Positions 1 to 13,277 of a DNA stretch of 31,836 bases are shown here, one piece after another. Within the stretch, counting starts at the first letter, position 1; each line of letters starts with the position of its first letter. The position numbers and the translations under genes were made by a program. Below the pieces are notes generated by a model that saw only the letters and a program-made list of their open reading frames with translations, was not told where the DNA came from and did not search any database. The DNA is taken from positions 1 to 31,836 of the forward strand of contig CAZIGU010000001.1 in NCBI GenBank assembly GCA_964538545.1, in the 5' to 3' direction. Source of the DNA: an uncultured Candidatus Peribacteria bacterium (GTDB lineage: Bacteria > Patescibacteriota > Gracilibacteria > BD1-5 > UBA6164).

Positions 1-1027
1 CCATGTAAATACTAAGTGATTTTATTTTTTCTTTTTTAACTGAAGATATATTTTTATCATTTAACTTTGTTTTTATATCTTTTTCTAAATCTTTAAATGA
101 TGTCACTACTTTTTTTATTTCATTTTCTATTTTATATGTAGGAAGACCTTTAATATAGAATCTTAGTTCTACTTTTATATCGTATTCATCTAAAGAAGAG
201 GAATTTATATCAAAAAGTTTTGGTATTTCTATATTTTCTATAGAAAATATAGGGTTATTATAGATATTAAATTTATTTTTAAAATTTAAATCAGAAATAT
301 TTGATAATCTTATTTTTCAATCATTATCTATATCAAAACTACTTCATTTTATATTTATTTGTCATATATTTCTAGCAAAATGAAGAAAATCTTTTATATT
401 TTTAGAAGCTCAACTCAATTCTAAAGATAATGGTATATAAAAAATTTGACTAGATAATGTGTCTTTTGAGTCATAATCTATTGGTGATACTGAAGTTATA
501 GATATATTTGAAGTTTTATTTGTAAGAGAAAAACCTCTTGTAATACTTTCAACATAAGATATAAAATCTAAATCTGTTAAATTACCATCAGTATATACTC
601 ATTCTTGATAATTTGGTATAAGTGTTGATATTTTTTCATTTCTGTTTTTTATTTCTAATTTATTAGATTGTTCTGCTAAAAATTTTTCTTTAGACTCTAA
701 AAAGGTTTTATAATCTTTAAAAGAAGCATTTTTTTTAAAATTTTCTTCATAAAATTTTTTCATTTTTCAATCTTTATCATTTCATAATAATAAACTTAAA
801 GATTGATTTGTATTTTTTGTTTTAAAATCTTCATAAGTAAATCAATTTAAATTTGTATTATTGTATTTATCTATAATAGTTTTTGTTTCTTCTTTTTTTA
901 AAGATATCTCATCAAAAGCTCAAACAAAATTGTATAAAAAAGCTAATGCTATTAAAACTATAACACTATTTAGTATAATAGTGGAAGTATTTTGTTTAAT
1001 TTTTCTTTTTATTTGTATTTCATCCAT
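1..1027 (-). CDS. Membrane-anchored hypothetical protein, possibly PilO-like (runs off the window)
   Basis: ATG at 1027. Checked open with TGA=Gly over 1027-361 and again at the window edge. One N-terminal hydrophobic segment; internal LELSGASKNIKDFLHFARNIG resembles PilO-type folds (weak). Confidence 0.55.
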
Positions 1028-1041
1028 ATTTGTGAATTAAA

Positions 1042-1866
1042 TTATAAATTATTTCATATATTTGAATATTTTAATTTTAGTTTTATAGTAGTTTTTTTTG
1101 TATAAGGTGGATTTTCTTCATTTTCTTCAACTAAAAACTCTTTTGGTTTTTCTATTAGTATAAAATTATTTTCAGGTGTTTTTTGTATATAGTTTATAAA
1201 ACTTGCTGATAAAGCTCATCGAGATCATTTAATAAAACTTTTTAAATCTGAAGATCTAATAATTGAAAAATCTGTAGTATAAAAATCACAAGTAGTTTCT
1301 AAAATATTTTTATTATCTAGCTTAAAATTATAACAGACTATTTGTTTATCTTCTGGTGAAAATTTATTTTTCATAGATAAAAAATCTGATATTATCTCTA
1401 AAGTTTTTGTTTTTGAAGAAGGATATGTAGTTTGTAAAAAAACTGCTTCTTTACTATCTTTAAAACTATTTATTTCATAAATTCACATAAAATTTTTTGA
1501 GATACTTGATGTTATTTCTTTTTCTAGTTCTTCATTTTTTTGAGAATAATATTTATGTAAAGCAAAAACTGAAGATCATAAATCCAAATCTGATTCTAAG
1601 TCTTGTTGTATTAAAGGTTTTATAGTATCTAAAAAAGGAGAGTTTAACATATTTTCATTTTTTTGAATATATACATATCAATATACAGTTATTGCAATAA
1701 AAACAGAAAAAATCATAATATAATTAGATATTTTTGCTCATAAAGACGCATAGTACAATTTATCTTTTTTTTGTACTTTTTTTTCTTCTTCAACTTTTCA
1801 AAAATCCAATTCTCAAGACAATTCTTTAAAAATATTTAAATCATTATTATTTTGTTCTTCTGGCAT
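1042..1866 (-). CDS. Hypothetical single-pass membrane protein (274 aa), possibly PilN-like
   Basis: ATG 1866 to TAA 1042, open with TGA=Gly. One TM segment near the N-terminus; lies directly upstream of the PilO-like gene. Function is inferred only. Confidence 0.6.
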
Positions 1867-1947
1867 ATAAAATATTAAATTAAAAATTAAATTACAAAAA
1901 TAGTTTATCATAATTTAAAAATTATTGCAAAAAAAAGACTTGATTTT

Positions 1948-4590
1948 TTAAGAATTTATTTTTTCTTTAATCAAATCTAAAAAACTCTGGGAGCTTATGT
2001 GTTTTATTTTTGAATCTTTTGGAAAAGATAAGTACATATCTTTTCACCATTTAGTGGTAAACAATCTATCATCTAATATAATAAAAATTCATTTATCATT
2101 TTTAGTTCTTATAAGCCTTCAAAATCATTGTTTTGTTTTTATAATAGTTTTTGGTATAGAATATTCTAAAAAAGGATCTTTATAAAATCTTGATCTAGCT
2201 AAAAAAACAGGATCTTGTGGGTTTAAAAAAGGGAATTTATGCATAATAAGATATTTTAAATCTTGTCATGGTATATCTATTCATTCCCAAAAACTATCTG
2301 TTCATATAATAACTGAGTTATTAGGAGAAGATGTAAAAAAATGTATTATTTTTGTTTTAGAAGCTCATATATTTTGAGCTAGTAAAGATATATTTTCTTT
2401 TGATAACTCTTGTTTTAAATATATAAAAAAATTTTTTATACTAGAAAAAGATGTTGTTAAAATAAGGGTATTTCATTTTACTATTTTTAAAAAATTTAAT
2501 AAAAAACTATTTATATATGGATTATCGTATTTTATAGTTCATAAGTCTTGAGGGGATACTATAAGTACTTGTGAAGAATAGTCAAAATCAGTTTCAACAA
2601 AAGTATCTTTAAAATCTTGTAATCATAAAGAATTTTTAATATATGAAAAACTATCTCATATTCTGAAAGTAGCAGAAAGTAAAGTTATGGAATCTATTTT
2701 TGACCATAAAAAATTTTGTAAAAAATTTGATATGTTTAGCATAGTATATGATAAATAATTATTTCAATTTTTATTGAATCAAAAAATTGGTATATATTTA
2801 TCATAATTTTCTATATCTAAAGTATTTTTAATAACTGTAAAATAATCGTTTAATAAAGAAATATATTTTTGTATTTTTAATAATTTTTCTTCATTATTTG
2901 AAAAAATAAAATTTATATGATTTATATCTTGTAATGTTTTGTTAAAAATATTTTGTATATCGTACTGAATAAAAAAATCTTTTTGTATAAGTATTTCTTG
3001 ATTATCATTTTGATAATTTGATTTATGTGTAGTATAGTCTGATAATAAATCAAATATTAAAGATGTAGTTGATAACATATTTTCAAAGTATATGTCTATA
3101 TTGTCTAAGTTAATTTTATTTTTTAATATATATTTTTTTATATTAAAAAATACTTTATTTAAGTCATCTATAGTAAATTTTGTTTTTAAAGTTTCTGTTG
3201 TTATATCTTCTAAATTGTGTGATTCATCTATGATGAGATTTTCTATCTGTCAAAAAAGTCTAAAATTTGAAATGGATTCATTTATTAAAATATTGTGATT
3301 TATAATAACAATATTTGAATTTAATGATATAGTTCTAGCTTTATAGGTATATTCATAATAAAGATAATCGTTTTCTTTTGAAAGAGTAAATTCATTGTCT
3401 GAAGTTATTTCTTTTAATATATAATTTTCTTGTGGATAGAAATTTAACTCTTCTAGTTCTCAATATTTTGTTTTAAAAATCCAATTTGTTATTTTTGAAA
3501 TACAAAAAATTTGATTTATATCAAAATCATTATTATTTAATATATAACTTAAAAAACTATAGACTCACAAATAGTTATTTATTCATTTTAATTTAAAATA
3601 AGAAAAATCTAAATTTAAGTTATTTTTTAGATATTCTAAATCTTTAAAATAAATTTGATCTTGAAGTATTTTTGTTTTTGTTGAAATAAATACTTTTTGA
3701 TTATTTTTTATAGAATATAAAATTGAAGGTATTAAATAAGCAAAAGTTTTTCAGACTCAAGTAGGAGCTTCTATAATATATTTATCTTTTTTTTGTAAAT
3801 TTTCTCATATTTGAAAAGATAGTTTTAATTGATTATCTCTTTTTTCTATTTTTGAAAAACTATTAAATTTATTTTCTATTTCTTCTTTTGAAAAATCAAT
3901 ATTTTCATTTGTATATATTTGATTTTTAAAATCTAATTCATCATATTTTTTTATTTGATGTAATAATATTTCTATATATTTTATATAGTCTATATTTTGT
4001 ATATCTCAAAACAAATAGTCTTTTAAAAAAACTATACTTTTATCTTGTGATTTAGAAAATATATATTTTAAAGGTTGTTTTTGGTTTATAGAAAGATTTA
4101 AAATATTTTGTTTTAATTTAATAAATAATTTTACTGTTGATAAAGTATCTGACAAAGCTCTATGCTCATTGAAACTTCATAATCAAAAATAATCTATTAA
4201 AGATCATAAATTTAATGATTTTTGTTCTATTATAGAAAAATTTGCTAGATAAAAAGTATCTATAAAAATATTTTTTTCAAAAGATATATAATTTGATAAA
4301 AATCAAATATCAAAAGATACATTATGTCAAATTATAGGTAAATCTCATATAAAATCTGATATTTTTTTTATTATTTCTATATCAAGTATTGGTCGAGTTT
4401 TTAAGTCTTCATTTGATATATTTGTAAGATTATATATAAAATCTGATATTTCTATTTGTGGATTTATAAGAGTTGAAAAAGTGTCGATTATTTCTCAAGA
4501 ATTATCGTCAAATTTAACAATTGCTATTTCTATAATTTTATCTTTTTTGTTATCAATTCATGAAGTTTCTAAGTCTAATGCTATAAACAT
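1948..4590 (-). CDS. dinG: DEDDh 3'-5' exonuclease fused to DinG-family helicase (880 aa)
   Basis: MFIALDLETSG (ExoI), GHNVSFD, HRALSD; Walker A EAPTGVGKTFAY; DESH; motif VI QGFGRLIR. Supplied ORF 2779-3078 is an in-frame fragment. Confidence 0.92.
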
Positions 4591-4599
4591 AAATATAAA

Positions 4600-5013
4600 T
4601 TATTTTTTAAATACATATTTATCATATGTAAAAAATTTTAAAAAGAAAATAAAAGTAGTAACTAAAAAAATTATTAAGTATAAATAAATTTCATGGAAAT
4701 AATTTGAAATATAAATAGTTAATAAATAATTAGATAAACTAAATAAAAAAAGGAAAAATATGTATTTTAAAAAAATAAAAAAATCATATTTTACTCAAAA
4801 AATTATTTTTAAAGAAGTTAAAAAATTGATAAAACTTATAATTAAGATAACTATAAAATAAGAATATTCTTTTGATATGTAAAAATAATTTATAAGCACA
4901 TATGTAAGTCAAATACTTATAAGATAAGTTAAAAATCAAAAAAATAGAAATTTCAAAAATTTTTTATTATTTTTTAAACTATTAAAAATTATACAAAATC
5001 TTGTTTTACTCAT
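4600..5013 (-). CDS. GtrA-like small four-TM membrane protein (about 137 aa; start could be TTG 4956)
   Basis: Open frame with TGA=Gly filling the gap between dinG and the pseudouridine synthase. Four hydrophobic stretches; ends YDKYVFKK, typical of GtrA-family proteins. Confidence 0.55.
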
Positions 5014-5702
5014 ATTTTATCAAATAAATCTTTTAATTCTTTTTTTGTTAAATGTTTATATTCTCAAATTTGTAAATCTCAAAGTAAAATATTTTCTATT
5101 CTAATTCTTTTTAATTTTTTTACTTTAGATCAAACAGATTCTACCATTCTTCTTATTTGTCTATTTCTTCACTCTGTAATAGTTATACTAAATTTTCAAG
5201 AAGATATACGTTTAACTAAAGCTTTTTTTGTATAACTTCAAAGTATAAAAACTCAAGAAGATATTTTGTGAAGTTGTTCATCTGTAATAGATCAAAAAGT
5301 TTCTACTATATATTCTTTTTCATGATTATATTTAGGATGCATCAAATAATTTGCTAATCTTCAGTCATTTGTTAAAAGTATAAGTCAAGTTGTTGGTTTA
5401 TCAAGTCTTCATATAGGGAAAACTCTTTTGTCTATGTCTATAACATCCATTATAGTTTGTTCTCAAATATTTGCACAAGTAGTTACAACTCAAGCAGGTT
5501 TATTTAATTTAAAATATAAAAATTCTTGTCAATTTTTGATTATTTTGTCATCAAATTGTATTTTATCTTTTTCTGGATCTATTGTTTGTCATATTGTTGC
5601 TAATTCTCAATTTACTTTTATATATCAATTTCTTATATATTCTTCTGCTTTTCTTCTAGAGCATACTCAAGAATCTCGAAGATATTTATGTATTCTTATC
5701 AT
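4989..5702 (-). CDS. rRNA pseudouridine synthase, RsuA/RluB/RluF family with S4 domain (237 aa)
   Basis: KYLxDSGVCSRRKAEE (S4), LNKPAGVVTT, catalytic VFPIGRLDKPTTGLILLTNDG, HPKYNHEKEY. Confidence 0.93.
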
Positions 5703-5704
5703 TT

Positions 5705-6673
5705 TTATATTTTAAAATTTAAAGTTTTTGTTTCTTTTAATTCTCACGAAATTGTAAATCATGAAGCTTTTTTATGACCTCATCATCAGTATTTAAAAGC
5801 TATAGAGTTTAAATCAATATCATCTCTTAAAGTACGAAGAGATCATTTTATAAAATCTCATTTTTGTGTCAAAAACACTACATATTTCACTCATAAAACT
5901 CAAGTAAGCAAGTCTAAAACTCATTTAGTATCTTCATAGTTCAAATTATAATCATCTAAAGAAGTTTTATTTATATATGCATACAAAATATTTTCCTCAT
6001 CTATAAAGCTATTTGATAATATTTCTCAATATAATCTAAGTGAATTTAGTTTTTTTGTTTTAAAAATCTTATCTACTATCAATTGTCTATCTCGACCTAA
6101 TCATACTAGTTTTGAAGCTATAAAATATGTTATATTATTTGTATTTGATGTCTGAAAAGATAAAGAATCTGTATATAATCAAGTAAGTAAATATGTTGAT
6201 GAAATTGAAGTAATTTTATATCATAATAAATAAAATATCTCCCAAATTATCATAGTTGTTGATGTATATGTAGCATTTAGTATATTTTGTTTAGAAAACA
6301 AAGTATTACTTATATGATGATCTATTGATATAGTATTGTATTTTTTTTCAAATAATTCTTTATACTCTTCTAAAAATCAAGTAAGAGATGGATTTGAAGT
6401 ATCAAGAAAAAAAATCAAATCATAATCTTTTGGATTAAAAGATTTTTTAAATTTATTTATGTTTAACAAAAAAGAAAAATTTTTTGGAATATCGTCTTTA
6501 CAAATTAAATCTATATTTTTATATAAAAAATTATCTTTTATTATTTGATATAATCACATAGTTCGTCAAATAGTATCTAAGTCTGGGTTTATGTGACTTA
6601 CTATAGCTATATTTTTTGAATTTTTTATTTTATTTATTATTTGTGAATATATTTGGATTTTTTTTGAAATCAT
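5705..6673 (-). CDS. DHH/DHHA1 family phosphoesterase (NrnA-like oligoribonuclease/pAp phosphatase, 322 aa)
   Basis: SHINPDLD, IDHH, GLYTDS, GSLRT and GGGGHKKASG motifs. Confidence 0.9.
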
Positions 6674-6678
6674 TTAGT

Positions 6679-6713
6679 AAAAAGTTATTTTTAAGGTTTA
6701 AAAATAACTTTTT
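6679..6713 (-). terminator. Intrinsic terminator-like hairpin downstream of murB
   Basis: Perfect 16-bp inverted repeat AAAAAGTTATTTTTAA / TTAAAAATAACTTTTT with a 3-nt loop; AT-rich, so weak. Confidence 0.5.
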
Positions 6714-6755
6714 TTATAATTTTTTCAAATTTTTTGATATTGATTTTATGAAAAT

Positions 6756-7646
6756 TTAATTTTTAATAATCCTAACTTCATTTTCTAAAACTATATTATG
6801 CTTTTGTTTTATTTTATTTAAAGCTAAATCAATAAGATATAATAAATCTTTATGGTTTCAGTTTTTTTCATATGTCATCAAAAAATTTCGATGTTTATCT
6901 GAAAAATATGCATTATTATAAGAAAATCATTTTAATCAAACATCTTCTATCAAAAATCAAGCTGAATAATCTTTTGAAGGGTTTTTAAAAAAACTTCAAC
7001 AAGAATTTCAAATAGGTTGAATTTCTTTTCTAAATTTTATATTATCTACATATGAATGATATTTTTCTATCTTTTTTGATAAATCAAATACAATTTTTAT
7101 TATAAAATAGTTTCAAGTTTGTTTGAAAATACTATTTCTATATGAGAAATTTATATCTTTTTTATACTTAGTAATAATTGTTTTATTTTTTATATCATAT
7201 ACTAAAACTTCTTTTAAGTTATTTTCTATTTCAAGTCAAAAACATCAAGCATTTCAAAAAACTGCTCATCAAACACTTCAAGGTAATCATATAAATCTGT
7301 GAAATAAATCTTGATTAAAATCTTTTTCTAATTTTTCTGATATATCCCGTATTTTTTCTCAAGAAAAACAAGTAAGTATTTTAGTTATTTCATCATAATG
7401 ATATCATAATAGATTATTTTTTATAATTATTCCATTATATTCATAAAAAGAAAATAACATATTTGTTCAAGATCATACAAAAAGAATTTTTAAATCATTT
7501 TCTTTAGCAAATTCATATATTTCTCATATATGATAAACATCGTCTAATTTGTTTATTTCAAAATAGTATTTTGTGAATGCTTTTGTTTTAAAATTTGATA
7601 ATTCTGTTATTTCTATATTTTCTCTTAAATAAGATAATTTTTTCAT
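6756..7646 (-). CDS. murB: UDP-N-acetylenolpyruvoylglucosamine reductase (296 aa)
   Basis: VGSGTNMLF, GLPGSVGGAVFGNAGCFG, SCGSFFKNP, SAGFLIE, KHxNF, C-terminal LENEVRII. Confidence 0.93.
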
Positions 7647-7650
7647 AATT

Positions 7651-10476
7651 TTATATAGTATTTTCTAAATATTTTTTTATATATTCTCAAGTTATACTTT
7701 TTTTGTTTGATATAACTTCTTCTACAGTTCAACTAGCGACTATATATCATCATTTATCTCAACCTGTAGGTCAAAAGTCTATTATATAATCTCGATTAGC
7801 TATTATATCCATATTGTGTTCTATAACTAATACTGAGTTTCATTTTTCTACTAAAGAATTTAAAATTTTAAGTAATTTTTGAGTATCTTCAAAATGAAGT
7901 CATGTAGTAGGTTCATCTAATATATAAAAAGTTTTTGAAGTAGATCTTTTTGATAACTCTGTAGCTAATTTAATTCTTTGAGATTCTCAACCTGATAATG
8001 TAGTAGAAGATTGTCATAATTTAATATATCCTAATCAAACTTGATTAAGTATTTCGAGTATTTTAAATATTTTGTTTTGAGATTTAAAAAACTCCATTGC
8101 CTCTACTATGGTCATATCTAAAACATCTGATATACTTTTTCATTTAAATTTTATTTCTAAAGTTTCATTATTAAATCTTTTACCATCACAATATTCACAC
8201 TTAACATAAACTGGTGGCAAAAAATGCATTTCAATTTTTTTAACTCAATCTCAGTCACAATGATTACATCTTCAATCACGAGTATTGAAGCTAAATCTTC
8301 AAGGTCAGTATCATCTAGTTTTTGCATCTATAGTTTCTGCAAATAAAGCTCTTATATGATCAAAAACTCAAGTATACGTAGCTGGATTACTACGAGGAGT
8401 TTTTCATATAGGAGACTGATCAACTACTATTACTTTATCTATATATTGTAGTCAAGTTATTTTTTCAAACTGTCCAACTTGTCTAGTAGCTCAATTTAAT
8501 TCATTTAATAAATATGGAGATAAAATATAATTAACTAAGCTAGATTTTCAACTTCATGAAGGTCAACAAATAACAACTAAATTATTTAAAGGTATTTTTA
8601 CATCTATATTTTTTAGATTATTTTGTTTAGCTTTAAAAATCTCTAAGTAATTATTTATAAATCTTTTTTCTTTTTTTATAAGTCTTGGTATTTGATTTGA
8701 TAAGTATTTTCAGGTAGTTGTTTGATTGCTTTTTAGTATTTCTTCATATATTCAAGAAAATATAACTTCTCAACCATAAATTCAAGCTCATGGTCAAATA
8801 TCTATTATATAATCTGCATTTTTCATAATATCTTCATCGTGTTCAACTACAATAAGAGTATTTCATATATTTTTTAATTTTTTTAAATTCTCAATTAACA
8901 TATCATTATCTCTTGGATGTAGTCAAATAGATGGTTCATCAAGAACATAAATTATTCATTCTAATTTAGTTCATATTTGCGTAGCTAATCTAATTCTTTG
9001 AGACTCTCAACCTGATAGTGTAGCTGATTTTCTAGATAAAGAAATGTAAGAAAGTCATACTCAAGATAAAAACTCTAATCTTTCTTTTATATTTTTAAAA
9101 ATATTTTTAACTATTTTTTCTTCAGATTCATTTAAAATAATTTTATCAAAAAAATCATATAACTCACTAACAGGTAAAATACTTAAATCTCATATATTTT
9201 TTCATCTAAAATATACAGATAAACTTTCTTTATTCAATCTATATCAATTACATTCTGGACAATCTATAGTGGAAATATAGTTTCATAGTTTTTCATTATC
9301 TACATCTGAAGAATAATATTTATCATTTAAAATATTTATTATTCATTTATATTTTGATATGTATTTTTTTCAAGACATATTATTTTCTGGAGAGATTTCA
9401 TATAAATCTTCTCAAGTTCAATAAAGTATTATATCTCTTTGTTTTTTTGTTAATTTAATATATGAAATATTTGAATCTATTTTATGTTTTTTGCAAACCT
9501 TTAAAACTAATTCATGATAATAATTACTTCAAAACCAAGGTAAAATAGCTCATTCTGCAATAGTTAATCTAGGATTTATAATTCTTTCTTCTAAAAAAAC
9601 TACTTTTTCTCAAAGTCAATGACAAGTTTCACAAGCTCAAGAATGACTATTAAAAGAAAAACTAGATATATCTAATTCTTTTGGAGTATGTAAACAATTA
9701 TTACAAACAAATACTGTTGAATAATTTTTTGTTTCTGTATTGTTTTCATTTAAAATAAAATCAATACTTAAAAATCAAGAAGAAATTTTTAATCAAAGGT
9801 CTATTGAATCTTTTAACCTTTTTAAATCAGATTCTTGAAAATCTTTTACTATAAGTCTGTCTATAACAACAAAAACATTATCAAGTATTTCTATGTTTTC
9901 TATTTCATCATTTATAGAATAAATTTTATTTCATATAGCAAATCTAATAAATCATAAATTTAATACTTCTTTTTTTATAGATTCTAGATTTTTTAATTTT
10001 CATTTTAAAATTTCTGTTTTTATTATAAATTTAGTATTTATTTGGTAAGTTAATATAGAATCTATAATTGATTGTATTGAATCTTTTTTTATTTCACTTC
10101 AACATTTTACACATTTTCTATCTCATAGATTTAAAAATATAAGTTTTAAATAATCATATATTTCAGTTATAGTTCAAACTGTAGATCTAGGATTACGATT
10201 TGTTGTTTTTTGATCTATAGAAATAGTAGGAGAAAGACCTGATATTTCTCTATATTTAGCTTCTTCTCAAACTCATCATATAAACATACGAGCATAAGTA
10301 GATAGACTTTCTAAATATTTTTGTTGTCATATATTGTATATAGTTTTAAAAGCTAAACTAGATTTTCAACTTCATGATAATCACGTTATAACTGTTAGTT
10401 TATTTTTAGGTATTTTTATATCTATATTTTTTAAATTATGTGTATTAACTCATTTTACTTCTAAAAAATCTGACAT
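7651..10476 (-). CDS. uvrA: Excinuclease ABC subunit A (941 aa)
   Basis: [45 protein letters not shown], two LSGGESQRI signatures, Zn-finger Cys pairs, [20 protein letters not shown]. Confidence 0.97.
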
Positions 10477-10518
10477 TTTTATTAAATTATTAAAATATAC
10501 TGAAGATATATTATATTG

Positions 10519-10550
10519 AAAAAAAAATATATTCAAGGAATATATTTTTT
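10519..10550 (-). terminator. Intrinsic terminator-like hairpin between the Zn-ribbon gene and uvrA
   Basis: Inverted repeat AAAAAATATATTC-aag-GAATATATTTTTT at the stop of the 10549-11127 gene. Confidence 0.5.
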
Positions 10551-11127
10551 AAAGGTGATGATTTTTTAGAAAATTATTTAAAAAATTTAAAATTTTTATA
10601 AACAAATTATTATCGACAAAAACCATTTTACTTCATGAATTTAATTTTTGATAAATAGAATTTATTTTTAATCATTTTATATCTACTTGATTTAAAACAT
10701 AATCTTCATCTGTATGAAAAAAATCTATTATAGTTTTTGAATTTTTTACAAAACTATAATCTATAAAAATTTCATATTTTCTTCAAGATATTTCTATTTT
10801 TATGGACTCTATTTTTCAATTTTTTTCTAGTATTTTATATATATTTATTCAAGATTTAAAATAAGATATTTTTTTGTATTTTTTAGTATCTATAATTTCA
10901 TCTTTTTTAGAAGATTCTTTTTGATATTGAAAAAAATGCTGTTCACTTACTTGATAATAACAATTTTTACATCAATATCAATCTAAAAAAGAATTTTCAT
11001 CACAATTAGGACATAAATTGTATGAAAGTATTTCTTGTGATATGTCTGATATTTGTTTTATGATTTTATCTTTTTGAGAAGTATTTTTTGTATTTGACAA
11101 TAATTTATTTTTATTATTTTCTAACAT
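10549..11127 (-). CDS. Hypothetical protein with a Zn-ribbon-like CPNC-x8-CKNC motif (192 aa)
   Basis: ATG 11127 to TAA 10549, open with TGA=Gly; LCPNCDENSFLDGYGCKNC. Confidence 0.65.
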
Positions 11128-11170
11128 AATAATTATAATATATAATATTTATTTCATTATAACACAAAAT

Positions 11171-11872
11171 TTAATTTGAAGCAAATATTAAAGCTATTAT
11201 ATGTTTAACTCAATTTTGTTTTAAAATTTTAGATAATTCATTTATAGTGGAACCTGTAGAAAAAACATCATCAACTATTATAAAATCATAGTCTTTATAT
11301 TTAAAAAATTCTTTTTGATTTAATAAAAAAGCTCATTTAATATTGTTTACCCTATCATTTTTAGACAATTTTGATTGTGATTTTGTCCATTTTAATTTTT
11401 TAAAAATTTTTGAATTATATGGTATTTTAGTTTCTTTTGATAAATAATAAGATATAAGTTCTGCTTGATTATATCATCTAATAAACTTTTTTAAAAAATA
11501 ACTTGGTGGAAAAATAATTATTGTTTTAGAAATATCTATATTTTTATTATGTAAATATAATTTTTCTTTTAAATAATAAGCTATATCTTGGGAAATATCT
11601 TTTCTATTATAATATTTTAAATCTTTTATAAGTTTTTGTATAACTTGATTATTATAATTAAAAAGTATTATAACTTGATCATAATACTTTTTTTGATTTT
11701 CACAATAAGAATGAACTAAAAAATCTTTAGAATATGTTTTACAAACTGGACATATTTCTTTATGATATCATATTTTAAAAACACAATCTAAACATAAATA
11801 TGAAGATTTTTTCTTACAATTATAACATCTTTTTGGTGATATTAAATCTTTTATAAAATCTAAAATTCTCAT
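11171..11872 (-). CDS. comF: ComF/ComFC family competence protein (PRTase fold with N-terminal double Zn ribbon, 233 aa)
   Basis: SPKRCYNCKK...LCLDC...CPVC at the N-terminus; PRPP-binding loop IIVDDVFSTGSTINE. Confidence 0.9.
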
Positions 11873-13245
11873 AATATCATTTTTGATAAACTATCAACTC
11901 AAAATCATGTAGCTCAAGGATTAAAATATCAGTATTTTTCCTTAACAAAAGAAACTCAAGCTATATCTATATGAACAAAAGATTCATTATTTAAGCAAAA
12001 ATTATATAAAAATGCTCCTCACATAGTAGATCAAACATGTATTCAAGAAGTAAGATTTTTTAAATCACTTATAATTCATTTTGTTTTATCTACATAAAAT
12101 TTAGAAAAAGGTAATTCCCAATATTTTTCAAAAGTAGTATTTTTTAATAATGAGTTTATTATTTGTTTATTATTTCACATAATTCAAGCATAATTGTATC
12201 ATAAAGCTACCATACAAGCTCAAGTAAGTGTAGCAACTGTTATGATTGAATTTAAGTTATAATTTTTTGATAGATAACTTATTCAATCTGCTAAAACAAG
12301 TCTTCATTCTGCATCAGTGTTGATAATTTCAACTGTTTTTCAAGAATATGAAGTCAATATATCTCATGGTCTATAACTTTCTCAAGATATAGAATTTTCA
12401 GCTATAGGTAAACAAGCTATTATGTTGCATTTTATATCTTTCTCATCAAGTTCTTTCATCATAAATAAAACACTTGCACTTCAAGCCATATCATCTTTCA
12501 TAGTAAACATATTGTCATCTAATTTTATATTTAATCATCAAGTATCAAATGTAATTCATTTTCAAACAAATCAATATGTAGGTAAATTTTTATCAACTAT
12601 TCTTTCTAATATAACCATTTTTGGCTTTGAAGAACTTCACATTCAAACTGAAGTTATTAGATTTAAATTATGTTTTTTTAAATCTTCATATTCTAATACT
12701 TTTAATTTAGTGTTTCTAAATTTTATTTGTCTAATAAAAGATAAATATTTATCTGGAGTTTTATCTATAGATGGCTTATTTACTAAATCTCTGCAAGAAA
12801 TTATATTATTTATAGTTGATAATCTGTTGTCTAAGTATTGTCTAAAATTATCATTACAAATGATATTTAAATCTATTTCATTTTTTTCTTTTTTATAAAA
12901 ATCAAAATCATATTTTCATAAAACAACACTATCAAGCAATATATTATCTACTTGATATTCTATAGTTATATTTTTTCAAAAAAGATCTATGTTTTTTCAT
13001 ATAAAATACTCTAAATTATCTTGAGTATCAAGATAAAATAAAAAAGTAATATATTCTATATCTTCTCTATCTAAATAAAATTTTAAAGCAGTATTTTCTT
13101 GTTTAGAAAAAACTTCATCTATTTTTGAATAAATATTTTTAGAAATATCTAAAAAATTATATTTTTCTAAATCTGATCTAGATTTTAGTAAAACTATTAA
13201 GTTTGTGTTTTTCAAGTCTGAAAAAGAGTTTTGTATATTTATCAT
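11860..13245 (-). CDS. pepA: Leucyl aminopeptidase, M17 family (461 aa)
   Basis: FVGKGITFDTGGLNIK, MKDDMAGSA, YRPGDI, GKTVEIINTDAEGRLVLADG. Start ATG 13245 (alternative TTG 13293). Confidence 0.95.
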
Positions 13246-13277
13246 AATTTTTTGTATTTTAAAAAATATTTTAAAAG

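Noticed and set aside
11860-13245. First impression of a GlmU-like nucleotidyltransferase
   Set aside because: Translation shows unambiguous M17 aminopeptidase motifs (KGITFDTGG, NTDAEGRL).
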